DNA of 64,000 nucleotides from Leucoraja ocellata (taxonomy: Eukaryota), in NCBI GenBank assembly GCA_036785375.1, contig JAWMAR010000051.1, positions 1,426,001 through 1,490,000 of the forward strand. Direction: 5' to 3'. Position 1 is the first letter of the stretch. Every line of letters begins with the position of its first letter. The position numbers and the translations under genes are program-made. Positions 37,301-49,092 of the stretch are shown here, piece after piece. The notes under the pieces are model-generated. The model searched no databases, was not told where the DNA came from, and saw nothing but the letters and a program-made list of their open reading frames with translations.

Positions 37301-38323
37301 TTAACATCTGCAAGAGAAAACATAGATTCATACTCGTGCAAAGAGACTTCATCCTCCACATGAACCTTGCCCTTTGCGATACTGCCAAGGCTGCTGTTTG
37401 CTTGCAGGTACTTTCATAATTTTTACTGTATTTTCTGTATTAATTTTTTTAATATTTAGGACCAACAGTTGTGCCAATCCTGCCAGGGAAGAGAGTATAT
37501 TAGACCTCGGCTCATGGAAATGGAGTCTCTTTAAATTAACTCCTTTTTGTATGCACATAAGTTCAGAATATCAATTAGTTGTCATGATATGGAAATAAAA
37601 TCAGCTCGTCTTCAATGAAGGGTTATGGTGCCTTATTGCCATGCAGACCAGCTGTTAAAGAAGCAGTCCTTGATTGGCTTCTCCCTTAGGTTTGTTCCCG
37701 TCAAACCTATTAAGATCAATTCAGTTGAAAAGTCCTGCTGTGGTCAGTACAGTGTTGTGCATATTTTAGTGACACAAGGTAATATCTACATCACCCATGA
37801 TCTACTATAATTCACTATATATTCAGCAATCTATCCTACTCGCATCTGAAGGCATTCTTCAATTCTGAAGTGGGTTAATATCGCCTCTGGTCAGCAGAAA
37901 AGTCCATCTGTTTTATAAAAAAAATAGGAAGATATTCGGCCTAGCTGATAGATGGGTTAAATCAACTGATTTAACTGATTTCCCACCAGAGGTGATATTT
38001 TATTTATGATAAAATGCTTGGAAAGTGATTAATTTGTCAAGGGAATGTCTTGTTACTGTAAATTTACTGAAACTGTAATAAGTGTATTGCTGCTACCCAG
38101 ATGGTGGAACAAAGAGGCAGTTACTAATGAAGAGACAGAGATTCACTAAATGTTCTAACACAAGTTCATTTTTCAGAAAGCATTTTGCTTTACCAGATAA
38201 ATATAGAATTGTGAATTAGCATTTATAACAGGTCCATGAAGTGCAGCCGTGACTGCTTGTTTTCTTAGCTTGAGCAAGTTCATTCTGCTGTCATTTCTCA
38301 AGGTTTCATCTGGCCTCATAAAT

Positions 38324-38590
38324 GGGTAGCACAGTGGCACAGGTACCAGAACCCAGCTGCCTCCCAGCTCCAGCAGCCCAGCTTCAGTCCCGACCTCTGT
38401 GGCTATCTGTGTGGAGTTTGCGCATCCTTTGCGGGCCTACATGGGCTGACCCTGGTTTTTCTCCCACATCTCAGAGATGTACAGGTTGATAGGTTAATTG
38501 GCCAGTGTAAATTGCCAGCAGGGATTGGAGGACAGCTCTATGATCCAACATGGACTCAGCAGACTAAAATGGTTTACATTTATACCCTAT
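38324..38590 (+). mobile_element. tRNA-derived V-SINE (old)
   Basis: GCACAGTGGCACAG head, TCTGTGTGGAGTTTGC, CTCCCACATC, AGGTTAATTGGCC. Confidence 0.75.
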
Positions 38591-40407
38591 AGAAATATGG
38601 AAGTGAAGAATTGTGCCTGTATAATTGCTTCTAACCCGTTGCTTTGAATAACTCGTATGCAGTCAGTGGCAGGGGAGGGAGCAGACCACGAGGTTATATG
38701 TAGACTGCGCAGTAAATATATAAACATTTTGACATTTTTTTTTTTTAAACTGTCTGCCGTGGAGGGAGTGTACATTTATTTTGTTTGGACTGCAGGTCCT
38801 CCCCAGACAGGTTACGAGAGGTTTCCGTTCCTGAAAACTGTTTGTGACTCAAGGAATTTATATGTTGCATATGTGGCTTCCCAGCAATATATATTTAAAT
38901 AGAAACAAATGCCAAACAAGGGTTAAACCAGGGCGTTTAACTCAGCTATTCAGATATTGCTGCAAACTGAGTTCTCACACAGCAGATGATGCTTGCAGCC
39001 CTGCAGTACCCGGCAGATCCATGCCGTCGGTCTGTCAAACACTCGATCGCATCTATGAGCTGTACATAAGTCCAGCGTCCGTTACCTGGTGAGAATTTGT
39101 ACATTATTCTAGGGTTTCTCATTCCACCAATTGTACATTTTTAAGTGAGTGTAAAGTAACAATTGGAATTGTTGATAAGGAGAAAGAAAGAAAAATGCCT
39201 TCCGTCCTCGAGACCAAAGCAGTTCACAACTCGGATGTTTTAAGCACAACCACTGTGTAATATAGTCAAACAGATCAAGCAACTTGCATATAACAGGTCC
39301 CTACATGGCGTGTCACCTCTTGGTGAGCTGATGCTGTGAGAAAGATTTGTAAGCTTCAGTTCATACATTTTTTACCCCAAACTTTTATATGTTAAAGGCA
39401 TTTTATTTTTTAAATAACTGACTGCTGAACCATTCCAGGTTACCCACCAGGCTTCCACTTCCCAATTTTTCATGGCCAACTGCATTCAGTTTTCTTCCTG
39501 CTTTTTTTTCCCATCTTCATGTTAACATGTTCTGTTGAATAAGACTCAACAACCAACATGTGCTGTAGTTCTACCAAATCACAGACAACCACAGGGACAA
39601 ACAGAATCGAAATAATCGAGGCACCCGCACAAAGAAAATTAAAAGAGCAATTTTTTACCAAAATGTGTAAAGGACTTTTGTGCTTGAGGATGAAAAAACA
39701 ATATAACTATGAATTTGTGATCGTGTTTTAAATATGCTGCAATCTAATATTAACCTATTAAACGCAACATGAAAAATTTAGTTAGGATCTTAAAAAATGG
39801 AATGCAATTACAGGAGTCATATTTCGCACAGTTAAATTAATGTGTATTAAAATAAAAAATGTAAATAGCTGATAAATTGACTGCATTTTTATACACCTTA
39901 CAATCAATAAGATTAAAAAGATTGCATTATATTGGCACAATTTTAAAGTATGATCTATTTAAAATTTATAGTTAAAATAATACTGGAAATATGGGGAAAA
40001 ATAAAAAATCAGCTAGCAATAATAGTGATTAAAAAGAAGTGTATTACAATAAAAGCTCACAGTAAGGAATACCCATTGCTGCACTTGATTAACAGTAAAA
40101 AGTGTATCTTTTGTAACGTGCTCATTGTTGCCTGATTTCCATTGTTTATACAACCCACAGTTTAATCAGAAATTTAGATTGACTAATTGCTCTTCCAACC
40201 TCCGTGAGTTGTTGCTGTTGACCATCATTGAGTCTTAAAAATATATAATTCTGTTTGATTTTTGGACAACTGTTCCCCAATTACAATCACTTTTTTAAAA
40301 AAAAGCTTGAGGAACTTTAGCACAGTCGGGCAACATGAACAAATAGTTTCCTTGGGATACAAGATGGGAATCAGTTTGGTTGATGCAGTAATATAAGGCT
40401 CTACAGA

Positions 40408-40720
40408 GCGGCACAGTGACACAGCGGTAGAGTTACTGCTTTACAGTGCTTGCAGCGGCAGAGATCCGGGTTCAATCTTGACTAAAGGTGCTGTCTGTAC
40501 TGAGTTTGTACGTTCTCCCCGTGACTGCTCCGAGATCTTCAGTTTCCTCCCACACTCCAAAGACGTACAGGTTTGCAGGTTACTATGGCTTTGTATAAAT
40601 TTAAATTGTCCCTAGTATGTGTAGGATAGTGTTAATGTGCGGGGATCGCTGGTCGGTGCGGACTCGGTGGGCCAAAGGGCCTGTTTCTGTGCTGTATCTG
40701 TAAAACAAATAAAAACTAAA
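40408..40720 (+). mobile_element. tRNA-derived V-SINE
   Basis: GCGGCACAGTGACACAGCGGTAGAG head, GGGTTCAATC B-box, GGGCCAAAGGGCCTGTTTCTGTGCTGTATC tail. Confidence 0.9.
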
Positions 40721-42077
40721 TGTCTGCTCATGGTGACTGAACCCAATGTAGTCTCTTTCTCCCTTTCATCAGATGGTCAATCTGTAGCACGCACTGCGTT
40801 GGAAGGAAACACAAGAACGTTTATGAAATTGTTGGAGACTAACTCCATGGGTCATACTTGTACTGGAATCTTGTATTAATATGGAACATATTTCTTCTTA
40901 CATACAGACATTTTTAGAAGTGGCAGAGGTAGAATCCAACAGCCCATGAAATGGCTGCAGAGTTAGAGATGTATGATTAACCCTTGCCTGATCAGTGGAA
41001 GGCAGCCAGCACGCCAGCTTTTTTGCCGCTTGCTCATTTCTGTGATTTCTCCCTCCAGCTAGTGCCAGTCGTGCTGTTCATTTGCTATTCCTTCAGCGGA
41101 GCCCAAACCTGCGAGTGGCTAACACCAATTAAAGCCGGCCTGCACTGCTTACAGGCAGCACCGGAGAAATGGGACGAGTATGGGTGGGCATTCCACAATC
41201 AATCCGACTTAGGACACCCAGGAGAAAATGGACCAATTTTCAGATATAGTAAGCAAAGGCTTTGATGGAGAAGATAGGAAGCAAGAGGAATATTTTGAAC
41301 TCGTAGTTGAGCCAGGAGAGCAACCAGGTCCACATCAGAAGGTAAGGGAACAAATAACCCTGAGGTCAATGCTGGGATCCTCTGTGAGGAATCTAGAAAA
41401 CGTGTGATTAAAAAGCTCAGTGAACACGCTAATTGTGAATGTCAGGAAGCACATCTTTAGTGGTATATCTGTCTTAGGTTCAGATATTTAACAATTTACT
41501 GTAACTCCTCTACAATCAGGACTGAAAGCTAACATACGTAGGCTCAAATACTTAGCGCCACTGAAAGCCTCGTATGCACAAGTCATTCATAATGGCAGCA
41601 TTTTAATCAGCATATTGCACCACACGTGCTGATACACAACCCTCTCTCTTGCGGGTAAAGATGGCGGACACCCAGACACAGCAGACTTTGCATATTCCCC
41701 CAGGCATTAGATAGTGATCACCATCATGAGATGCTCATACCTGTGACCACAGGAGGACTGAAGCCACCATTGGTGCTGATGTTCTCATTCTCACCATCCA
41801 ACCCCTGCCTCAACATTCCTTTCTGAGTTATAAGCTGCAAACCTCTTACATTCTCTCGCTTCTCGCTCCACTACCTTATCCCTGGGCTTTTTTAGATTTC
41901 AGATACCCAAGGTGAGGCCGAGCGTAAAAGTGCAGTGTTGTTGGTGATACACTATCACAATGTTTCACACTCACAGCCTCCAGCTCTCAAACTGTGTAGT
42001 TTCGAGTTGGACTCAGCACACGTGGCTTGAAGTCGGGCCAGGAGAGTAGGTAGCACTGGGGAACATAATGCATTGGA

Positions 42078-42255
42078 ATGTAGAAACAAAGACCTGCAGA
42101 TGATGGTTTATACCAAAGATAGACACAAACTGCTGGAGTAATGCAGCATTTATGGAGAAAAAGGGTCGGTGATGTCCCGATCCGAAACGTCATCTATCCT
42201 TTTCCTCAGGAGAGGCTGCCTGACCCGCTGCGTTACTCCAACAGTTTGAGTCTAC
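42078..42255. mobile_element. PLE-derived fold-back mini-element with 11-bp TSD
   Basis: TSD AATGCATTGGA (42067-77, 42256-66). Arms TGCTGGAGTAA and TTACTCCAACA flank GTCCCGATCCGAAACGTC. Confidence 0.8.
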
Positions 42256-42660
42256 AATGCATTGGAGGATAGGACCAGGAGAGGCCATTTGGACCCTCAA
42301 GTTTGCCCTGCCATTCAATATGATCATGGCTGATTCATGGCTGATCTGCCCCAGCGTTCATCCCCTCTTGATTTATTTGACTACAGAGAACTCTCAGTAG
42401 GCATTTGGGAGACTGACCTGAGACCTGGCATTTAATGTCAATGTAGAAATCCAGTACCAAACTGCACATTTTTGGATCAATTCTCATGTCTGGGAATAGT
42501 AACTAACTCCCCTCAAAATATTGGCCATGAATTAACAATGAAGTCCAACTTACACGTTTTAGTGAAGGGTGAGGATGTGCATGCACTATGCCATTTAGTA
42601 CAAATGTTACGTGCCATTAACATTAAAGATGCTGTTCCTGGCACCATAATATCCATCTAT

Positions 42661-42975
42661 AGTGGTGCAGCGGTAGAGCTGCTGCCTCAGAGTGCCAGAA
42701 ATCTAGGTTTGTTCCTGACCTCAGGTGCTGTCTGTGTAGAGTTTGCATGTTTTTTTTCCCTGTGGCCGTGTGGGTTTCCTCCGAATGCTCTAGTTTCCTC
42801 CCACATCCCAAAGACGTGCGGGTTTGTAGGTTAATTGGTCTTTGTAAATTGCTCCTCGTGGGTAGGGAGTGGATGAGAAAGTGGGATAACATTCAACTAG
42901 TGTGTTCCATGGGCATCGTGGACTTGGTGGGCCAAAGGGCTTGTTTCCATGCTGGATCATTCAATCAAACAAAAT
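42661..42975 (+). mobile_element. tRNA-derived V-SINE
   Basis: GTGGTGCAGCGGTAGAGCTGCTGCCTC head and GGGTTTCCTCCG...TTTCCTCCCACATCCCAAAGACG V-domain. Confidence 0.9.
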
Positions 42976-43037
42976 TACCTTAGACGATGTCTACTTCAAG
43001 ACATCTTTCTGTGCCGTAATCTGAGCACTTGTTAGTA

Positions 43038-43298
43038 AACATAGAAACATAGAAATTAGGTGCAGGAGTAGGCCATTCGGCCCTTCGAGCCTGCACCGCC
43101 ATTCAATATGATCATGGCTGATCATCCAACTCAGTATCCCGTACCTGCCTTCTCTCCATACCCCCTGATCCCCTTAGCCACAAGGGCCACATCTAACTCC
43201 CTCTTAAATATAGCCAATGAACTGGCCTCAACTACCCTCTGTGGCAGAGAGTTCCAGAGATTCACCACTCTCTGTGTGAAAAAAGTTCTCCTCATTCT
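43038..43298 (-). mobile_element. CR1-type LINE 3' fragment (young)
   Basis: (AAACATAG)n tail and GGTGCAGGAGTAGGCCATTCGGCCCTTCGAG, the reverse complement of the 7690-7730 tail. Confidence 0.9.
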
Positions 43299-44142
43299 CA
43301 TAGTAGTTTAATGTTCATAAACAGTGATGATCTTTGCTGATCAAACCCTACCTCGCCTACATGATCTGGATGCTGCCATTTCTCCTTATGCTCTGTCACT
43401 TCATTTCAGCAGCTCAGAGGATGCAATGGGTCATGCTAGAAGTTAAGAGAACTGGATGTGATGAATTAGCTGTGGGCTGAACCTTGTGCAAAATGGTATA
43501 ACATCAGGACTCGGGTTAAAGGCTGCACGCCGTATACAGGACTTATACATGCACATTAAGCTGTTTCATCCAGGGTTACAATGAAGTACAGATATAATGT
43601 ATGTTGTTACTCCGAGCTGAACAAATCCAGCTGTAGGTAATGCAGTAACATTACCGTATCAGTATTTTATGGTCAAATTTAAAGTTTCTATTTGGAATCT
43701 TCTCTAGATTACTCACCGACTTTAGAATCTATGGTTTGCATTTTTTGTTCTGAAGTAAATATACAATCATTCAAATGTGATCTTGGACCACTGACTTTAG
43801 CAAATGGCCTTCTTCACATTTAAGATGCTTTACAGATGGGAGTCACAGCAGCCTGCTCAGCCACAACTATCTCTGTAGGTTGATAGATGGGTATAAATCT
43901 CAACAATCCTTTCCTGACAACCAATTTATAGAATCTGATCTGGTTAAAGACATGACTTTCATACCGAAGCCAGAGGAAACTGGCTTCTATTTTTTTTTAA
44001 ACGGTCTTGTTATATTTAATCAAGATCTACCTCTTAATGATATAGGTTTTAATTACAATTTTGTTTCAGCTCACTGTGACTCCTTGTAAATGTATATATA
44101 TTTTTTTACAGATCTAGGTTCCCTCCCAACTACATTTACACT

Positions 44143-44205
44143 CCCCCCACCCCCCCCCCCCACCCCGACCCTCCCCACCCATCCACCCCCTCCCCACCAA
44201 CCCAC
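44143..44205 (-). repeat. C-rich tract (G-quadruplex-capable on the minus strand)
   Basis: More than four runs of at least 3 C with short spacers. Confidence 0.75.
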
Positions 44206-46728
44206 GCAACTTCATTAGCAGCTGTGATGGTTCTTAGACTGACTGACATCTTTATTACTAAATCCAAGTGTATAAAATCACCTTGTCACAGTGTCATCAT
44301 AAAAAAAAGCAAAGGTGGTTACTGTGGAGTATCTGAAACGAAAGCTGGGACAATCAGTGTGTAAAGTCAGTTTCTTAATGGCAGTAAAATCAAATGTGCC
44401 AACAACTCCATGACTCCCCGCTGTGAGCTGACAGCATGGTGCAAGACGTTAAGGCTAAACATTCAGTTAAACAGTGATTGTGATGAAATGCCATTCTGTG
44501 CTTAGCAAAAGAACCGAACAGGTGTAGCGTGTGGGCCTTTTTTTTGTTGAAAACTGCAGGAGCATCACAGTGAAAACATATTCTGTGCATTTTATTTTCA
44601 AGGTAAGTGCAAGCCTAGTGCAAATAAATGTTTGCACCAAGCTGTGCAATAAGTCGTATGCACATTTATTAAAATCTGCTGCATGATTGCGGTATATTTT
44701 AGGTCCAATTTTTTTTTCTCAAAATTTGTGAATAAGGATTTACTTGAATTGAATGGGAATGTATTTCTTATGAGTTTTTTTTTTCAAAGTCTGTTTTCCC
44801 AGACAACAATTGATTTCTATGTATCCTAATCAGTGCACAATCTCTGTTTAATGAGGATAATAGGACATAGGGCATAATTTCATTTTTATTGGAATATATC
44901 CCTTGCATTATATTTAGTCCTGTAATGAGCATCAATGCTTTGGAAGTAATCTGCGTAATAAAATAATGACAGAGAAGGCAACGTTAAAATATCACCACCA
45001 ATGTAAAGGAGCACTTTCCTGACTTATTTTGCTGATACAAATATGAATGTTAATAGGTGTAAGTAAGCTAACTGCCATGACAGGGTTTTCTTTAGTCATA
45101 CCGCTATTGTACATACCACTCCGACATTTAGCCTTCCTGTAAACGTTATGTCCTCTGTTCTCAGAATTTAACTATTTATCTCCCTCAGTTTCCTTGTCAT
45201 CGTAAAATCAGCGGCCTCGATTGTTGGCAGCTTTTTGCTATATCTCTCCCACCAACCTTCTCCTTTCAAATTTCCTCAGATTTGGAAGAAATTCTCGACC
45301 TGAGCCACCAGCCCATTTGTAAAAACTGAAGGTCACAAATTTGGGATCATAGGTGTCTGTTTTGGAATTATGGTGAGATTACTAAGCGTTGAGGCTGCAG
45401 GTAGATAGAGCAACTTAATTAGTGACCAACCGTAGTGGGAATATTTGAATAGTTACTTCATGAACATTGTTCCTTGCTCTATTTCATTGATTTATTTCAT
45501 TTGGGTGCCTCTCGTGTCAGTGCTGAGATTTTGAAACTGTGACCAATGTGTTTTAATATCAGAAGGTTAGATTTCATACTCTTCAAGTTCTGTAAAAGAA
45601 AAATAAGGTGAGATTAACTGTGGCATGAAAGATGAATAAGGCAATAAATTATTGCATGGGGGAAGTGAAAAACATATTTTTTGGTTAGAAACTTTGATTT
45701 TTTATTTCCCATGCAATAAATTTGCAGTGTACCCTTTCCCATGTTGTTTAAAAAAAGATATAAAAATGCAGTTACATTTATAGAAGTTACAACACAACTG
45801 ATTTGTATAATTGAACATGGCTGCATTCTGCAAACTGGCAGGTGTAATAGATAAAGACGTGAACTTTATTGTAAGTGATGGGTAACAGGCTGACCATTTG
45901 ATATCTTTCGATCAACTGAAAGAAGTTGCATAATTGAGTTGCAGCAAAAATGGAGGAGGAGGGACACTTAGTGAAAAGGGAAAGAGATACCCGTAAATAT
46001 ATCAGGATTCATAAAATTCAAGAAGCAATGGAATTTTACAACAGTTACTTAATCAAATCGCCTTGGTTTATATTAGATTTAGTGAGGATATTGACAAGAG
46101 TGTTTTAAGCAATGTTTCAATTTGCTATTCTTTATAGTCGGCTCAATTAAAGTTTTTCCTGCAGTTCTTCCATCCTTTTATCTAATAACATTATTATTGA
46201 AGAAATTGTATCACTGCATTGTTTGACTGTGTGTAATCAAAAGTGAAAATAACACCACAGCCACGATACCAGCCCAGCATTAAAAAGTGTTTAAATTATT
46301 TATCTTCTCTGGTGTGCTGCATGATTTAACACAAATATATAGATTGTTGCAGTTGTATGCGTATTGAGGATAACCTATGCATAAAGCATCATAAAGAATT
46401 TACAATATTTTAATTAACGTATGAGCAGAAATAAATTTAAACTAAAATAAAATTGCAAGTAAATTGAAATAGGTTGATAATTTTGCTCAAATAATTGCTC
46501 TCATACCGAATAAGTAGAATGCATATCTTGGCAAACACCAAGGTTGAAGGGACCTTGTCTTTCATGCAAAGTACCTTCAGTGTGCATTTGACCCTTTTAA
46601 AATTTATCCTTTTCAGACAATGTGTTAGCTCCATTATAACAAATGTAGTTTGCTTTATTGTTGTATTTCAATGGCCACTTTCTTGCCAGGAGAGTAAAAT
46701 ACTGCTATTGGGAGGATTGTGTGACATA

Positions 46729-48337
46729 CAGTGCCCTCCATAATGTTTGGGACAAAGACCCATCATTTATTTATTTGCCTCTGTACTCCACAATTTGAGA
46801 TTTGTAATAGAAAAAAATCACATGTGGTTAAAGTGCACATTGTCAGATTTTCATAAAGACCATTTTTATATGTTTTGGTTTCACCATGTAGAAATTACAG
46901 CTGTGTTTATACATAGTCCCCCCATTTCAGGGCACCATAATGTGTGGGACAAATGGCTTCACAGGTGTTAGTCATTGCCCAGGTGTGTTTAATTGCCTCC
47001 TTAATGCAGGTATAAGAGAACTCTCAGCACCTAGTCTTTCCTCCAGTCTTTCCATCATCTTTGGAAACTTTTATTGCTGTTTATCAACATGAGGACCAAA
47101 GTTCAACATGAAAGTCAAAGAAGCCATTAAGACTGAGAAACAAGAATAAAACTGTTAGAGACATCAGCCAAACCTTAGGCTTACCAAAACCAACTGTTTG
47201 TAACATTATTAAGAAGAAAGAGAGCACTGTTGAGCTTATTAATTTGAAAAGGGACTGGCAGGCCAAGGAAGACCTCCACAGCTGATGACAGAAGAATTCA
47301 CTCTATAATAAAGAAAAATCCCCAAACACCTGTCCGACAGATCAGAAACACTCTTCAGGTGCGGATTTGTCAATGACCACTGTCCACAGAAGACTTCATG
47401 AACAGACATACAGAGGCTACTCTGCAAGATGCAAACCACTGGTTAGCCACAAAAATGGGATAGCCAAGTTACAGTTTACCAAGTACTTGAAAGAGTAACC
47501 ACAATTCTGGAAAAAGGTCTTGTGGACAGATGAGGCAAAGATTAACTTGTATCAGAGTGATGGCAAGAACAAAGTATGCAGGAGAGAAAGAACTGCCCAA
47601 GATCCAAAGCATACCCCCTCATCTGTGAAACACGGGTCTGAGCGTGTATGGCTGCTGAAGGAACTGGCTCACTTATCTTCATTGATGATACAACTGTTGA
47701 TGGTAGTAGCATAATGAATTCTGAAGTGTATAGACACATCCTATCTGCTCAAGTTCAAACCAATGCCTCAAATCTCATTGGCCAGTAGTTCATTCTACAG
47801 CAAGACAATGATCCCAAACATACTGCTAAAGCAATAAAGGAGTTTTTCAAAGCTAAAAAATGGTAAATTCTTGAGTGGCCAAGTCAATCACCCGATCTGA
47901 ACCCAACTGAGCATGCCTTTTATATGCTAAGGAGAAAACTGAAGGGGACTAGCCCCCAAAACAAACGTAAGCTAAAGATGGCAGAGCATCATCAGAGAAG
48001 ACACCCAGCAACTGGTGATGTCCATGAATCACAGACTTCATGCAGTTATTGCATGCAAAGGATATGCAACAAAATACTAAACATGACTACTTTCATTAAC
48101 ATGACATTGCTGTGCCCCAAACATTATGGTGCCCTGAAATGGGGCGAGTGCATTAACACAGCTGTAATTTCTACATGACAAAACCAAAATATATAAAAAT
48201 GGTCTTTATTAAAATCTGACAATGTGCACTTTAACCACGTGTGATTTTTTGTTTTCTATTACAAATCTCAAATTATGGAGTACAGAGGCAAATAAGTAAA
48301 TGATGGGTCTTTGTCCCAAACATTATGGAGGGCACTG
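46729..48337 (+). mobile_element. Tc1/mariner DNA transposon, full length (1609 bp), decayed
   Basis: TA at 46727-28 and 48338-39. TIRs of about 220 bp start CAGTGCCCTCCATAATGTTTGGGACAAAGACCCATCA and end ...TGTCCCAAACATTATGGAGGGCACTG. An inner direct repeat GGGCACCATAATGTGTGGGACA gives IR/DR architecture. Confidence 0.97.
47089..48080 (+). pseudogene. Tc1 transposase pseudogene (DD34E)
   Basis: Motifs GRPRKT, VLWTDEAKINL, QQDNDPKH followed by 34 residues to SPDLNPTEH, and C-terminal GYATKY*. Contains frameshifts and in-frame stops. Confidence 0.93.
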
Positions 48338-48392
48338 TAATGTCAAACTCTGGTGAGTAGTTTCAATGTGAAGCTTCTCGTTTTCCTCTTAA

Positions 48393-49092
48393 TGGGCCTG
48401 TCCCACTTAGGTGATTTTTTCAGCGGACTGCCGCGATTGTCAAGTTGCCGGCAGTCGCCTGAAAAACCGGCAATTGGAACGGCGACTGTCAGAGTGGAAC
48501 ACACTCACAAACACATCGCTTCGTTTACCAGCCCGTGTGAATTTTTTAGACAGCGCTCCCCCCGCTTGCCCTGTCTAAAAAATTCACACGGTGCAAACCC
48601 AAGGTGATACAGACACACACCGTGATGAACAGGAAGGTTGTCGCTGTAATTTAGACAGCTAAATTAAAAGAGGGGGGGAGAAGGAGTGGAGACAACTTTT
48701 AAGAAGCCAGAGAAACACGGCTGTGAAGCTCGGCGAACATTTAACTTATCCTTGGTTCTGAAAACTACTGCTTACCTTTTTTTTTCCCCAATGACCCAAT
48801 GAAATTCACCGGTCGGCACCGGCTACAACCTCCGAGGACCTTTGGCCTCCTGGCAACCCACCGATGGCTTGAGAATTCTCGCTACTCTCCATTCTAGTCG
48901 CCGCTAATTTTTCAACATGTTGAAAAATTCACGGCGACCATAATGAGACCGCGACTAGTTCCCAGAATGCGGGAACTCCTCGCGACCATGAAGGCGACTC
49001 TCCAGCAACCACCCGCGAACATGTGGCGACTGTGTGACGACAGCAAAGTCTCCCGCAGTTGCCTAAAAAGTCGCCTAAATGGGACAGGCCCT
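48393..49092. mobile_element. Non-autonomous PIF/Harbinger-type MITE (700 bp)
   Basis: TAA on both flanks (48390-92, 49093-95). TIRs GGGCCTGTCCCACTTAGGTGATTTTT and AAAAAGTCGCCTAAATGGGACAGGCCCT. Repeated GGCGAC/GTCGCC motifs, CpG-rich, non-coding. Confidence 0.85.

Noticed and set aside
40408-40490. tRNA gene
   Set aside because: The A/B boxes belong to SINE heads followed by a V-domain and LINE tail; no full cloverleaf.
40920-41960. GC-richer block as a hidden exon or gene
   Set aside because: No coherent ORF or paired splice sites. Possibly a very old TE, but not classifiable by eye.
1250-45335. ERRE-type TNAAGGTCA sites at 1250, 12711, 17238 and 45327 as an autoregulatory array
   Set aside because: An 8-base-specified motif is expected a few times by chance in 64 kb on two strands. 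None is the optimal TCAAGGTCA and they are not clustered.
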